A stretch of DNA of 64,000 bases from an uncultured Veillonellaceae bacterium. Its GTDB lineage: Bacteria; Bacillota; Negativicutes; JARBTT01. The notes under the pieces are model-generated. The model was not told the DNA's origin. It ran no database searches and saw nothing but the letters and a program-made list of their open reading frames with translations. A program made the translations under genes and the position numbers. Of this stretch, positions 10,388-21,788 are shown piece after piece. Where the stretch lies: NCBI GenBank assembly GCA_963805085.1, contig CAWDTA010000005.1, positions 771,464-835,463 on the forward strand, read 5' to 3'. Each line of letters begins with the position of its first letter. The first letter of the stretch is position 1.

Positions 10388-11719
10388 ATGCTAAAAGCAG
10401 GTTTTATTAGTTTAGGTTGTGCAAAAAATTTAGTTGATACAGAAGTTATGTTAGGCGCTTTAACAGATCATAAAATTGAACTTACATCAAATCCAAGTGA
10501 AGCGGATATCCTAATCGTAAACACTTGCAGTTTTATTAAATCTGCTAAAGAAGAATCCATTACTACAGTGCTGAATATGGCAGAATATAAAGAAGGTAAA
10601 TGTCGTTCGCTGATTATTGCAGGGTGTCTTGGTGAACGTTATAAGCAAGAACTGCTTGATGAAATTCCTGAAGTAGATGCGATTGTTGGGACGGGCGCTT
10701 GGCATCGGATTGTAGAAGCCGTAGAGGAAACTCTTAAAGGCAATCGCGTTGTGATTGATGGACCAATTGATACGCTTTATGATGACAAGATGACACGGAT
10801 CACGACGACACCAGACTATAGTGCTTATATCAAAGTGGCAGAAGGCTGTAACAATCGTTGTTCATATTGTGTTATTCCAATGGTGCGTGGCAATTATCGT
10901 AGTAGAACCATTGAGTCTATTGTCGCAGAAGCGATTCGCTTAACCAACAATGGAGTTAAAGAAATCAATTTGATTGCACAGGACACGACCAATTACGGTA
11001 GTGATTTATATGGTAAAAGTAGACTTACTGATTTATTAAAAGAATTGGTTAAAATTGATAAATTAAAGTGGATTCGCATTTTATATTGTTATCCTAAATA
11101 CTTTACCGATGAATTGATTGATCTTATGGCAAGTGAATCTAAAATTTGCAAATATGTTGATTTACCTTTGCAACATGCCAACAATGATGTTTTAAAATCA
11201 ATGGCACGTCGTGATACAAGGGAAAGTGTGATCGAACTTCTTGTAAGAATTAGAAACAGAATTCCAAATGTAACAATACGTACTTCTTTTATTGTAGGTT
11301 TTCCAGGCGAAACTGATGAACAATATCAATCGCTTCGTGAATTTGTAAAAGAGCAACGTTTTGATAAAGTTGGTGTATTTACATATTCACATGAAGAGGA
11401 TACACCAGCTTATGATATGTCAAATCAGATCTCTGACGAGGTTAAGCAAGAGCGCTACCACGACTTGATGTCATTGCAGTGTCAAATCTCAGAAGAGTTA
11501 AATCAAGCTGTAGAAGGTAGGACCTTGGAAGTGTTGATTGAAGGTCGCGATACAGATCAAGAGCAGGTTGCTTATGGCCGTTCTTATCGTGAAGCACCAG
11601 AAGTCGATGGACAGGTGTATGTTGAAAATGATTCAGACAGTAAAGCTGGCGATCTAGTGAAAGTTAAGATTATGCAAGGTTTTACTTATGATATATTAGG
11701 CGAAAAAATAACTGAATAA
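10388..11719 (+). CDS. rimO: Ribosomal protein S12 methylthiotransferase
   Basis: SLGCAKNLVD, NTCSFI, CNNRCSYC radical-SAM motif, APEVDG, C-terminal TRAM. Confidence 0.95.
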   Translation: MLKAGFISLGCAKNLVDTEVMLGALTDHKIELTSNPSEADILIVNTCSFIKSAKEESITTVLNMAEYKEGKCRSLIIAGCLGERYKQELLDEIPEVDAIVGTGAWHRIVEAVEETLKGNRVVIDGPIDTLYDDKMTRITTTPDYSAYIKVAEGCNNRCSYCVIPMVRGNYRSRTIESIVAEAIRLTNNGVKEINLIAQDTTNYGSDLYGKSRLTDLLKELVKIDKLKWIRILYCYPKYFTDELIDLMASESKICKYVDLPLQHANNDVLKSMARRDTRESVIELLVRIRNRIPNVTIRTSFIVGFPGETDEQYQSLREFVKEQRFDKVGVFTYSHEEDTPAYDMSNQISDEVKQERYHDLMSLQCQISEELNQAVEGRTLEVLIEGRDTDQEQVAYGRSYREAPEVDGQVYVENDSDSKAGDLVKVKIMQGFTYDILGEKITE

Positions 11720-11894
11720 TAAGCTGAATGGTAAAATTTTTCAATTAGACGTGTGATTCAATGTAGAATTAAGTGGACGAATATAGGAAAATAGTGGGGT
11801 AGAGAACCTGCTATTTTTTGTTTACCGAGCTAAATTTAATTAATGCATTTTGTGCGACGATAGGGCTTATGAAAAGTAGAGAGGAGAAAGAAAA

Positions 11895-13136
11895 ATGATT
11901 GTTGAAATTGTAACAACTGGGACAGAACTATTACTGGGACAGATCGTAAATACCAATTCTGCATACCTAGCAGAAGAGTTAAATAAATTGGGTTTGGATG
12001 TGTTATATCAAACAACGATTGGTGACAATCGTCAGCGAATGACAGAGGTGTTAAAGCTTGCATTAAGTCGTGCTGATATTGTGATCACTTCTGGAGGTCT
12101 TGGACCAACGCAAGGTGATATTACAAAATTGGTTACAGCTAGTCTATTTGATCTTGAAATGAAGTTACATCAACCAAGCTTAGATAATATCAAACAAAGA
12201 TTTACTTTCCGTGGAATTGAAATGACGGATAATAATATTCGTCAAGCGATGATTCCAGAAGGTGCGATTGTATTAGATAATGCTTGTGGAACTGCACCGG
12301 GGATTGTGCTAGAGCATGAAGGTAAGGTAATTATTAATTTACCAGGGCCGCCACATGAATTAAAAGATATGTTTAGGTTAAAAATAATACCGTATTTATC
12401 TAAAAAATATGGCTGCGAAAGTGTCATCATGTCAAGGGTTTTAAATACGTTTGGCATTGGCGAATCGTTATTAGAAGACAAAATCAAGGATTTGATTTTA
12501 AATCAAGAGAATCCAACTTTAGCGCTTCTTGCAAGACTAGGCGAAGTCATTATTCGCATTACTGCAAAAGCAGATACAAAGGAAGAAGCTGCTTTACTTA
12601 TCAGTAAAGTCGAAACTGAAATACAAAGTCGCGTAGGTGAATTTATTTTTACCATCGACGATGGCGATATGGAAGAAGTTGTTGGACAGTTACTTACAGA
12701 TAAGAAATTAACGATTGCGTGTGCCGAATCTTGTACTGGTGGGTTGATTACTAGCCGCTTAACTGATGTAGAAGGCAGCTCAAGCTATGTTTATGGATCG
12801 GTAGTATCTTATACAGATGAAGTGAAAAAAAGTGAACTAAACGTACCTGAGGACGTTTTAACGGCAAAAGGTGCGGTTAGTGAAGAAGTTGCAATTGCGA
12901 TGGCAGAAGGTATTGCAAGGAAGTTTCATACGGATATTGGCGTAGGTGTTACTGGTATTGCGGGCCCAGGAGGCGGAAGTGAAGAAAAACCAGTAGGCTT
13001 AGTTTATATTGCAATTACAGGAAAGCTTGGAACTAAAGTATATAAAAATAATTTTAATGGTAAACGTAAATATATCAAGTATCGTACATCGCAAACGGCG
13101 TTAGATATTGTAAGACGTTATACACAAGAAATTTAA
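11895..13136 (+). CDS. cinA: Competence/damage-inducible protein CinA (NMN deamidase)
   Basis: GTELLLGQIVNTN, GGLGPT, AESCTGG, TGIAGPGG. Confidence 0.95.
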   Translation: MIVEIVTTGTELLLGQIVNTNSAYLAEELNKLGLDVLYQTTIGDNRQRMTEVLKLALSRADIVITSGGLGPTQGDITKLVTASLFDLEMKLHQPSLDNIKQRFTFRGIEMTDNNIRQAMIPEGAIVLDNACGTAPGIVLEHEGKVIINLPGPPHELKDMFRLKIIPYLSKKYGCESVIMSRVLNTFGIGESLLEDKIKDLILNQENPTLALLARLGEVIIRITAKADTKEEAALLISKVETEIQSRVGEFIFTIDDGDMEEVVGQLLTDKKLTIACAESCTGGLITSRLTDVEGSSSYVYGSVVSYTDEVKKSELNVPEDVLTAKGAVSEEVAIAMAEGIARKFHTDIGVGVTGIAGPGGGSEEKPVGLVYIAITGKLGTKVYKNNFNGKRKYIKYRTSQTALDIVRRYTQEI

Positions 13137-13156
13137 ATTTTAGGAGGATATATAAT

Positions 13157-14749
13157 TTGAAAAAAGATATAACTACATTTGGTGAAATTGAATTAAGTAA
13201 AAAATTATTACAAGCAGTAAGTGATATGGGGTTTGAAGAACCATCTCCAATTCAAAGTCAAACCATTCCATTGGTATTAGAAGGTCATGACGTAGTAGGT
13301 CAAGCACAAACTGGTACTGGTAAAACAGCGGCTTTTGGTATTCCTACGATTGAAAAAATAGTGGATGGCAGCCGTCATATCCAAGCATTGGTACTTACAC
13401 CAACACGTGAACTTGCAATTCAAATCGCAGAAGAATTTAATAAAATCGGTAAATATAAACGTGTTAAAACATTACCAATTTACGGCGGACAATCGATCGA
13501 CCGTCAAATTCGTTCTTTAAAATTTGGTGTTCAAATCGTTGTTGGTACACCAGGACGGTTACTTGACCATATTCGTCGTAACACAATCAAATTAGAAAAC
13601 GTAAAAACATTAATTCTTGATGAAGCAGATGAAATGTTAGATATGGGCTTTGTTGATGATATCGAAGCTATTTTAGAACAATTATCTAGCGAAGATCGTC
13701 AAACATTATTATTTTCAGCGACAATGCCAGGCCCAATCGCAAAAATTGCTGGTAAATATATGAACAATCCTAAAACGATAACAATCAGTCGCGAGAATTT
13801 GACAGTTCCATTGATTGATCAAGTTTACTATGAAACACGTGAGAAGTTAGAAAGCTTATGCCGCGTATTAGATGTGGAAGAAACAGGCAAGATCATTATT
13901 TTCTGTCGTACGAAAAAAGGCGTAGATGATCTTGTTGCATCACTTCAAGCGCGTGGGTATATGTCCGATGGTCTGCATGGCGACTTAAGCCAATCACAAC
14001 GTGATCGTGTTATGAAAAAATTCCGTGAAGGAAAATTAGAAATTTTAGTTGCAACTGATGTTGCTGCACGTGGTATTGATATTGATGATATTACACACGT
14101 AATCAACTATGATATTCCACAAGATCATGAATCTTATGTACACAGAATTGGTCGTACTGGTCGTGCGGGTAAAAAAGGTGTAGCAATGACTTTTATCGAT
14201 CCACGTGAATATCGTCAATTAAAATTAATTGAACGTTTAGCAAAAACTAAAATTGTTCGTAAAGCATTACCATCTTTCGCTGACATTTTGGAACGACAAC
14301 GTGAATTAATCAAAGACCGCTTGTTAAAAACGTTAGCAAATAATAAATTTGCTGATTACCATACGATTATTTCTGATTTATCAGCAGAGTATGATATTGT
14401 AGATGTTGCAGCTGCAGCAGTGAAATTGTCGGTAGAAGGTTTCAAAGAAAAAGAAGAAGAAGCTACTACAGTAATTTCTTCTAAAATGGAAAATACCGGT
14501 GGATCACCAGGTATGGTTCGTTTGTTCATGAACATTGGTCGCAGCCAAAAAATTCGTCCAGAAGATATTGTACGTGCGTTTGCAGCAGAAGCAGATATCC
14601 CTGGTAACATTATCGGTGTTATCAACATCTATGATCGTTTTACTTTCGTTGAAGTTCCAGAAGATGTAGCGGAACGTGTTTTAGCTGTAATGCATAAAAA
14701 CACATTGAAAGGATATAAAATCAACATAGAACCAGCAAAAAGTCGCTAA
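13157..14749 (+). CDS. DEAD-box RNA helicase with DbpA RNA-binding C-terminus (CshA/DeaD-like)
   Basis: AQTGTGKT, PTRELA, DEAD, SAT, HRIGRTGR. Confidence 0.93.
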   Translation: MKKDITTFGEIELSKKLLQAVSDMGFEEPSPIQSQTIPLVLEGHDVVGQAQTGTGKTAAFGIPTIEKIVDGSRHIQALVLTPTRELAIQIAEEFNKIGKYKRVKTLPIYGGQSIDRQIRSLKFGVQIVVGTPGRLLDHIRRNTIKLENVKTLILDEADEMLDMGFVDDIEAILEQLSSEDRQTLLFSATMPGPIAKIAGKYMNNPKTITISRENLTVPLIDQVYYETREKLESLCRVLDVEETGKIIIFCRTKKGVDDLVASLQARGYMSDGLHGDLSQSQRDRVMKKFREGKLEILVATDVAARGIDIDDITHVINYDIPQDHESYVHRIGRTGRAGKKGVAMTFIDPREYRQLKLIERLAKTKIVRKALPSFADILERQRELIKDRLLKTLANNKFADYHTIISDLSAEYDIVDVAAAAVKLSVEGFKEKEEEATTVISSKMENTGGSPGMVRLFMNIGRSQKIRPEDIVRAFAAEADIPGNIIGVINIYDRFTFVEVPEDVAERVLAVMHKNTLKGYKINIEPAKSR

Positions 14750-14930
14750 GCGACTGATATAATCCCTAGTATTAAAATAGGATTATTACAAATTTATTTT
14801 TGTAGTAATCCTATTTTGCATAGGGCTACTAAAAGTAACAGTGTATTTTTATAAAAGGCTAAATTTGGTCTTTTAATTTTATTTAGAAAGGTTTTGTTAT
14901 ATGATTGTCGAATGCAAACTAAAACAAGTA

Positions 14931-14959
14931 TTGACTTTACGAACAAATGTTTGTAAAAT
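14931..14959 (+). promoter_or_regulatory. recA sigma-A promoter with LexA (SOS) box in the spacer
   Basis: TTGACT-N17-TAAAAT; CGAAC-AAAT-GTTTG at 14940-14953 matches the Firmicute CGAAC-N4-GTTCG box. Confidence 0.88.
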
Positions 14960-14988
14960 GATAAAAGATAATGAAAGGGGCGGATTAT

Positions 14989-16032
14989 ATGGCGATTGAT
15001 AAAGTAAAAGCTTTAGAAAATGCGATGAAACAAATAGAAAAAGATTTTGGTAAAGGTTCTATCATGAAATTGGGAGAAGCCTCTGCGAAAATGAATATAG
15101 AGGTAATTCCTACAGGAACATTACCGTTAGATATTGCTTTAGGGGTTGGTGGTTTGCCACGTGGACGTATTGTTGAAATTTACGGACCAGAATCTTCGGG
15201 TAAAACAACAATTGCCTTGCATGTGATTGCAGAAGCACAAAAATTAGGTGGTATTGCAGCCTTTATAGATGCCGAACATGCCTTAGATCCTATTTATGCA
15301 AAAAAACTTGGTGTTGATACAGATAACTTACTTATTTCACAACCAGATAACGGAGAACAAGCATTAGAAATTGCTGATGCCTTGGTTCGGAGTGGGGCAA
15401 TTGATGTCGTTGTTATTGACTCTGTTGCGGCGTTAGTGCCAAAAGCAGAAATCGAGGGTGAAATGGGAGATTCCCATGTTGGTTTGCAGGCACGCTTGAT
15501 GTCACAAGCGATGCGTAAATTAACTGGTGTCATCAGTAAATCTCATACTACCGTAGTATTCATTAACCAAATTCGTGAAAAAGTTGGCGTTATGTTTGGT
15601 AGTCCTGAAACGACAACCGGCGGTCGGGCGTTAAAATTCTATGCTACGATTCGTCTAGATGTTCGTAAAATTGATATATTAAAACAAGGCAATGAAATGG
15701 TAGGTAATAGAACCAGAATTAAAGTTGTTAAAAATAAAATTGCTCCACCATTTAAACAGGCTGAATTTGATATTATGTATGGACAGGGCGTTTCTCATGA
15801 AGGGTGTATTGTAGACCTTGGAACAGAAATGGAGATTATTGAAAAAAGTGGTGCTTGGTATTCTTATGCTGGCACTCGTTTGGGACAAGGCAGAGAAAAT
15901 GTAAAAGAATTTTTACGTGACAATAAAAATATAACGGCTGAAATAGAAGCTAAAATTAGGGCGCAATTAATTGTAACTACACCTGTTGTTGTTGAGGAAA
16001 AAGTAAGTGATGCTGAAACAACCGAAGACTAA
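14989..16032 (+). CDS. recA: Recombinase RecA
   Basis: [37 protein letters not shown]. Confidence 0.99.
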   Translation: MAIDKVKALENAMKQIEKDFGKGSIMKLGEASAKMNIEVIPTGTLPLDIALGVGGLPRGRIVEIYGPESSGKTTIALHVIAEAQKLGGIAAFIDAEHALDPIYAKKLGVDTDNLLISQPDNGEQALEIADALVRSGAIDVVVIDSVAALVPKAEIEGEMGDSHVGLQARLMSQAMRKLTGVISKSHTTVVFINQIREKVGVMFGSPETTTGGRALKFYATIRLDVRKIDILKQGNEMVGNRTRIKVVKNKIAPPFKQAEFDIMYGQGVSHEGCIVDLGTEMEIIEKSGAWYSYAGTRLGQGRENVKEFLRDNKNITAEIEAKIRAQLIVTTPVVVEEKVSDAETTED

Positions 16033-16483
16033 AAAAACAGCCCTTGTGTCCGCCGTGGATATGTTAGCGATTCGTTCGTACGGGACAGAAGAGTTAAAAA
16101 TAAAATTACAACGAAAAGGTTATTTAAACGAAGAAATAAATGATGCAGTTGAGACCTTAGCAAAGCGTGGCTATCTTGATGATGCCACGCTTTGTAATTC
16201 GTTATTTAAAGAGTATTGTCGCGCCGAAAAGTATAGCTTAAATTATATTTTACAAAAATTAATGCAAAAAGGTTTTTCACGTAGCATAGTGGAACTGTAT
16301 AAGAATCAGATGGACGATGAGGTTGAACTTGCGATAGCACAAAAGATACTTTTACAAAAATATAAATCTCCAGAATCCGTTGACGTAAAACTGATGATGA
16401 AATATTTATATGGTAAAGGTTTTACCACCGTAGTCATTGGAAAAGCTGTTTTACAATATACTAAATTTGAAGAAAATTATTGA
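16007..16483 (+). CDS. recX: Regulatory protein RecX
   Basis: Overlaps recA end; LAIRSY..ELK.KL, GYLDD, YLYGKGF. Confidence 0.85.
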   Translation: MMLKQPKTKKTALVSAVDMLAIRSYGTEELKIKLQRKGYLNEEINDAVETLAKRGYLDDATLCNSLFKEYCRAEKYSLNYILQKLMQKGFSRSIVELYKNQMDDEVELAIAQKILLQKYKSPESVDVKLMMKYLYGKGFTTVVIGKAVLQYTKFEENY

Positions 16484-16554
16484 TGGATTGTAATGCTTCA
16501 AAATATAAAATCATGTTCTGATTTTATACTTTTCTAATATACACACAGCCTAAC

Positions 16555-16583
16555 TTGACACTACTTTCAAAAACCTTTAAAAT
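16555..16583 (+). promoter_or_regulatory. Sigma-A promoter of rny
   Basis: TTGACA-N17-TAAAAT. Confidence 0.7.
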
Positions 16584-16738
16584 GGAATTTGTACAGTTAT
16601 GCCAAAATGATTTTATCGTATTTTATTGCTTAGAAAAGCACTATCAATTGTAAGAGGGAAGCAATTGATAAATGAAGGTTAAAAAATAGATTGTAAACAT
16701 CTATTTTATGGGACTAATAAATATAGTTAAGAGGGGGT

Positions 16739-18283
16739 GTGAGAATTATCGTTGAGATATTATTGTCTGTAATACTTGCGGTAGTTATTGGTGCAGGTAT
16801 TGGTTATTGGTCGAGAAAAAAGACAGCCGAGTCACAAATTGGTTCAGCGGAGGATGTAGCGAAAAAAATTGTTACGGATGCGGAACAAAAAGGTGAGGCT
16901 AAGAAAAAAGAAGCGTTACTAGAAGCGAAAGAAGATATTCATAAGTTACGCTTAGAATTAGACAAAGAAACAAAAGAACGTCGTAATGATTTACAACGTT
17001 TAGAACGTAGATTGGTTCAAAAAGAAGAAAACCTTGATAGAAAAATCGATTCCCTTGAGAAAAAAGAAGAAATGCTTGCTGGTAAAGAAACTGAAGTTGA
17101 TAAGTGCAAAGAGAAAGTGAATGAATTGCACGAAAAACAGCTGTCTGAACTTGAAAGAATTTCTAGTTTAAATTCCGAAGAAGCGCGTACAATGTTACTT
17201 GCCAATGTGGAAGAAGAAATTAAACACGAAACAGCAATGATGATAAAAGAGTTAGAGCAACAAGCGAAAGAAGAAGCTGACAAACGTGCTCGTAATATCA
17301 TTTCTTTAGCAATTCAACGTTGTGCGGCAGATCATGTTGCTGAAACAACAGTATCCGTAGTTGCATTGCCAAATGATGAAATGAAAGGTAGAATTATCGG
17401 TCGTGAAGGTCGTAATATTCGTACATTAGAAACTCTTACTGGGATTGATTTAATTATTGATGATACTCCAGAAGCTGTAATATTATCAGGCTTTGATCCT
17501 GTACGACGTGAAGTGGCAAGAATCGCTTTGGAAAAATTGATTGCCGATGGTCGTATTCATCCGGCACGTATCGAAGAAATGGTTGAAAAAGCGCAAAAAG
17601 AAGTGGAACAACGTATTAAAGAAGCTGGTGAGCAAGCAACCTTTGAAACTGGTGTTCATGGATTGCATCCAGAAGTTATAAGATTATTAGGACGTTTGAA
17701 ATATAGAACTAGTTATGGCCAAAATGTTTTAAAACATTCTATTGAAGTTTCACATTTAGCGGGTGTTATGGCAGCAGAACTTGGTGTCGATGTTATGCTT
17801 GCAAAGCGTGGTGGATTACTACATGATCTTGGGAAAGCTGTTGATCATGAAGTAGAAGGTCCACATGTAACAATTGGTGCTGATTTAGCGAGAAAATATC
17901 GTGAATCCGCTGAAGTTATCAATTGTATTGCAGCCCATCATGGAGATATAGAGTTTAATACAGTACAAGCGGTACTTGTATCTGCGGCGGATGCTGTGTC
18001 TGCAGCGCGCCCTGGTGCTCGTCGTGAAAGTCTTGAAAGCTATTTGAAACGTTTAACTCGCTTAGAAGAAATTGCCGAATCCTTTGAAGGTGTAGATAGA
18101 TCGTTTGCTATTCAAGCAGGTCGTGAAATTCGTATTATGGTAAAACCAGATAAAATTGATGACGTTACGTCTGTCGGTTTAGCTCGTGATATTGTCAAGA
18201 GAATAGAAAGTGAACTTGAATATCCGGGACAGATTCGTGTAACAGTAATACGCGAAACGCGTGCAGTTGATTACGCAAAATAA
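16739..18283 (+). CDS. rny: Ribonuclease Y
   Basis: N-terminal TM, coiled coil, KH domain ([13 protein letters not shown]), HD domain (LLHDLGK). Confidence 0.97.
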   Translation: MRIIVEILLSVILAVVIGAGIGYWSRKKTAESQIGSAEDVAKKIVTDAEQKGEAKKKEALLEAKEDIHKLRLELDKETKERRNDLQRLERRLVQKEENLDRKIDSLEKKEEMLAGKETEVDKCKEKVNELHEKQLSELERISSLNSEEARTMLLANVEEEIKHETAMMIKELEQQAKEEADKRARNIISLAIQRCAADHVAETTVSVVALPNDEMKGRIIGREGRNIRTLETLTGIDLIIDDTPEAVILSGFDPVRREVARIALEKLIADGRIHPARIEEMVEKAQKEVEQRIKEAGEQATFETGVHGLHPEVIRLLGRLKYRTSYGQNVLKHSIEVSHLAGVMAAELGVDVMLAKRGGLLHDLGKAVDHEVEGPHVTIGADLARKYRESAEVINCIAAHHGDIEFNTVQAVLVSAADAVSAARPGARRESLESYLKRLTRLEEIAESFEGVDRSFAIQAGREIRIMVKPDKIDDVTSVGLARDIVKRIESELEYPGQIRVTVIRETRAVDYAK

Positions 18284-18295
18284 TTTAGCAAAATT

Positions 18296-18325
18296 AACGA
18301 CCTTGTATAACGCAAGGTCGTTTTT
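18296..18325 (+). terminator. Terminator after rny
   Basis: AACGACCTTG...CAAGGTCGTTTTT. Confidence 0.8.
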
Positions 18326-18432
18326 GATATTTTTATATGAAGTATTGAAAGGAATTAAATTAAATATATCGAATAGGAATACTATGTTGGAATTACATTT
18401 CTATTATTCCTATCAATAGACTAATTTGTTGG

Positions 18433-18960
18433 ATGGTGATTATGATGAAACTAGAACAAGAAGATAAATTAAATACTGACGGTGTTAATTTGTTAGTATC
18501 CATACTTGTTTGCTATCCGGAAATTGGTACTCTTAATTTTGAACCAATCAATGATTCACTAAAGATGACATTTGTCTTAAACAAAATGCCATCGAAGAAG
18601 GAATTTCTATTGGTAAAAGACATGATTTTTCGTAGTATATTAACTTATCATACCTTAGAAGGTTTTAAAAGTAATAAAATAGATATCAAAATGAGCAGTT
18701 ATGAGGATGTTGCTTTTATTAGTTTTGTTCGAGATATGGATACTTTATCAAAGGGCGAAATTGCTTTGATTAGTACGTTAATGAAAGAAAATTTTAAAGA
18801 GTCACTCGTTACGGATGGTAATACAACCCCTGCGGAAGAAGATGGTATATTCCAGGAAGATTTTATTGATAATATGATAGGTAATATGAAGCTTAGTCAA
18901 ATGGCGACTAATTTGATTGGGATACGCGAAGAAGGTCGCGTAATGGTTTTTAATAAATAG
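18433..18960 (+). CDS. Conserved hypothetical protein
   Basis: 175-aa ORF between rny and ymdB; no motif recognised. Confidence 0.75.
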   Translation: MVIMMKLEQEDKLNTDGVNLLVSILVCYPEIGTLNFEPINDSLKMTFVLNKMPSKKEFLLVKDMIFRSILTYHTLEGFKSNKIDIKMSSYEDVAFISFVRDMDTLSKGEIALISTLMKENFKESLVTDGNTTPAEEDGIFQEDFIDNMIGNMKLSQMATNLIGIREEGRVMVFNK

Positions 18961-18977
18961 TTTTTGGGGGCTAAGAA

Positions 18978-19775
18978 TTGAATATACTGATGATTGGTGA
19001 CATCTATGGAAAATCTGGTAGGCAAGCAGCTATGCAGTATATTCCTACCTTGAAAACAAAGTATCAGTTAGATATGATTGTTGCAAATGGAGAGAACTCT
19101 GCCGGTGGTGTGGGTATTACTAAGAAAGTTTTGGATGAAATATTTTCTGCTGGTGTTGATGTCGTGACCTCAGGGAATCATATATGGGACAAAAGGGAAA
19201 TCCTTCAATTTATCGACGAAGAACCCTATTTGATTCGTCCAGCAAATTATCCACCGCAAACCCCAGGCAAAGGGTACTGTATTTTCGAGGTAAATGATAA
19301 AAAAATTGGTGTTGTGAATCTTTCGGGAAGAACGTTTATGCCAGATATGGATTGTCCCTTTCGCAAAGCAGACGAAATCCTTGAACATTTGACAGCACAA
19401 TGTGATACGATCCTCTTTGATTTTCATGCTGAAACTACTTCGGAAAAGATGGCGATGGGCTGGTATTTAGACGGCAGGATTGCGTGCATGGTTGGTACAC
19501 ATACGCACATTCAAACTTCCGATGAAAGAATTTTACCAAAAGGAACCGCTTATATCACAGATTTAGGTATGGTGGGGCCATGGAATTCTGTTTTGGGCGT
19601 TGATAAAGATTTGGTGGTGAAAAAGTTCTTAACAGGAATGCCAGTTAAATTTGATATTGCCAGTGGACCTCATGTATTTTGTGGTCTGATTATTATGATC
19701 AATGATCAGACCAATATTGTTCAAAAGGTGAAACGAATTATGATTCGTGAAGATGAAATGGACGATGAAATATAA
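18978..19775 (+). CDS. ymdB: YmdB-like 2',3'-cyclic nucleotide phosphodiesterase
   Basis: GDIYG, NGENSAGG, GNHIWD, DFHAETTSEK, GTHTH. Confidence 0.93.
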   Translation: MNILMIGDIYGKSGRQAAMQYIPTLKTKYQLDMIVANGENSAGGVGITKKVLDEIFSAGVDVVTSGNHIWDKREILQFIDEEPYLIRPANYPPQTPGKGYCIFEVNDKKIGVVNLSGRTFMPDMDCPFRKADEILEHLTAQCDTILFDFHAETTSEKMAMGWYLDGRIACMVGTHTHIQTSDERILPKGTAYITDLGMVGPWNSVLGVDKDLVVKKFLTGMPVKFDIASGPHVFCGLIIMINDQTNIVQKVKRIMIREDEMDDEI

Positions 19776-19811
19776 ATAATTGGAAAAAATTGAAATTTAT
19801 CAATAATTCAA

Positions 19812-19839
19812 GAAGGAATTTTTTGTTAAATACAGAATA
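19812..19839 (+). promoter_or_regulatory. Sigma-H-type promoter of spoVS
   Basis: GAAGGAATT with AGGA-N17-GAAT; spoVS is sigma-H dependent in B. subtilis. Confidence 0.65.
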
Positions 19840-19900
19840 CTGATACTGTAAATCTATTATAAGTTCTTTTTCTTAATATTAAAGGAGGGTACTAATAATC

Positions 19901-20161
19901 ATGGAAGTTTTAAAGGTATCAGCGAAATCTAATCCAAATTCTGTAGCAGGTGCTTTGGCAGGAGTTTTGAGAGAACGTGGTGGTGCAGAAATGCAAGCCA
20001 TAGGTGCAGGTGCTCTGAATCAAGCAGTAAAAGCGGTAGCGATTGCGCGAGGGTTTGTTGCTCCTCATGGAGTTGACCTAATATGTATTCCAGCTTTTAC
20101 AGATATCTTAATTGATGGTGAAGAACGCACGGCGATAAAATTAATCGTCGAACCAAGATAA
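19901..20161 (+). CDS. spoVS: Stage V sporulation protein S
   Basis: MEVLKVSAKSNPNSVAGALAG...GALNQAVKAVAIARGFVAP. Confidence 0.97.
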   Translation: MEVLKVSAKSNPNSVAGALAGVLRERGGAEMQAIGAGALNQAVKAVAIARGFVAPHGVDLICIPAFTDILIDGEERTAIKLIVEPR

Positions 20162-20173
20162 TGATGATAAAAA

Positions 20174-20216
20174 AATAAATAATAAACCCTGTTCAAATGA
20201 ACAGGGTTTATTATTT
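20174..20216. terminator. Bidirectional terminator after spoVS
   Basis: AATAATAAACCCTGTTCA-a-TGAACAGGGTTTATTATT. Confidence 0.85.
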
Positions 20217-20290
20217 ATATAGTACAGTAAATTTTTGATTTTCTTCGTTAGTATGGTATGATAACAGTAATAATCTTTGGAGGGATAATA

Positions 20291-21787
20291 ATGTCAGTAA
20301 AAGTGATATCTAATGTTGGAGATGCATTTGCACAGGATGTTCTAATGATAAATATTTTTGAAGGTGATTTTACCAATGAAAATAATTTACCAATTAAAAC
20401 TTTAAATAAAGCGATGGATAATCAGATTAAACAATTTTTAAGTAACTATCCAATGGCGACAAACTATGGTGAGATTAACATCTTGCATACAATGAAAACT
20501 CTACAAGCAAAAAGTGTCATTATCGTTGGCTCAGGTAAGTTCAATGAAATGACAAATGATAAATTGCGTAGCCTTTCTGGCAAGGCGATTCAGATAGCAA
20601 AGAAAATCAATGCAAAGAGTATTGGCATTTATACAAATCTAAACTATAATTTTGACTATGAAGATGCTGTGCAGGCGATTATAGAAGGTGTTACACTTGG
20701 TGCATATCAATTTGATTTTTATAAATCGACGAAAAAGAATGCGCCATTAGAAACGATAGTTCTTGTTGAACCAGATCAAATATTAGTTGACGTTGCAAAG
20801 GCAATCGTAAGTAAAACTACGGTTATTACAGATAGCGTTTGCCACTGCCGTGATTTAGTCAATCATCCGGCTTGTACTGTTACGCCAACCTATATGGCGC
20901 AGGAAGCAGAAAAGTTGGTTGCTTACGACAATTTTACAGTAGAAATCATGGATTTAGCTGCAATAAAAAAATTGGATATGGGCGCTTTTCTTGCTGTAGC
21001 AAAAGGCAGTAACGAACCACCTAAGTTCATTACGATAAAATATACGGGTAACAAAGCTAGCGACGAATGCCTGGCTTATGTCGGTAAGGGGATTACCTTC
21101 GATAGTGGCGGTATATCTTTAAAACCAAGTTCCAGTATGGGGGAAATGAAAGATGATATGGCCGGTGCAGCAACAGTACTAACAACAATGCAAGCGATTG
21201 GCCAACTACAGCCCAAGGTCAATATACTCGCGGTGATCCCATGTTGTGAAAATATGCCATCGGGACATGCAACAAGGCCTGGTGATGTGGTAAAATCAAT
21301 GAGTGGTATTACAATTGAAATTGATAATACCGATGCAGAAGGCCGCCTGATCCTAGCAGATGCAGTTCACTATGCAATTACACTAGGGGCAACAAAAATT
21401 ATTGATATAGCGACTCTTACAGGGGCCTGCGTCGTCGCATTGGGTCATGTAGCATCAGGTGTTATAAGTAATGACGAGCAGCTTTGTAATGCATTATTAA
21501 AAGTAGCAAAGTCAACAGGAGAAAAAATGTGGCAATTGCCAAATTACGAAGAATATAAGGAACAGTTTAAAAGTGATATTGCCGATCTAAAAAACACAGG
21601 TGGGCGTATGGCAGGAACAATTACAGCAGCCATGTTTATTGAATGCTTCGTAAAAGGTCTACCTTGGGCACATATAGATATTGCAGGCACTTCCTATTTG
21701 AAAAGCAGTAATGGATATAACGTCAAAGGTGCGAGTGGTGTTGCAACGAGAACATTAATTGAACTGGCTCTAGATATGGAGAAATAA
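20291..21787 (+). CDS. pepA: Cytosol leucyl aminopeptidase (M17)
   Basis: VGKGITFDSGG, MKDDMAG, NTDAEGRL, DIATLTGA, HIDIAG; ATG after GGAGG. Confidence 0.93.
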   Translation: MSVKVISNVGDAFAQDVLMINIFEGDFTNENNLPIKTLNKAMDNQIKQFLSNYPMATNYGEINILHTMKTLQAKSVIIVGSGKFNEMTNDKLRSLSGKAIQIAKKINAKSIGIYTNLNYNFDYEDAVQAIIEGVTLGAYQFDFYKSTKKNAPLETIVLVEPDQILVDVAKAIVSKTTVITDSVCHCRDLVNHPACTVTPTYMAQEAEKLVAYDNFTVEIMDLAAIKKLDMGAFLAVAKGSNEPPKFITIKYTGNKASDECLAYVGKGITFDSGGISLKPSSSMGEMKDDMAGAATVLTTMQAIGQLQPKVNILAVIPCCENMPSGHATRPGDVVKSMSGITIEIDNTDAEGRLILADAVHYAITLGATKIIDIATLTGACVVALGHVASGVISNDEQLCNALLKVAKSTGEKMWQLPNYEEYKEQFKSDIADLKNTGGRMAGTITAAMFIECFVKGLPWAHIDIAGTSYLKSSNGYNVKGASGVATRTLIELALDMEK

Positions 21788-21788
21788 G

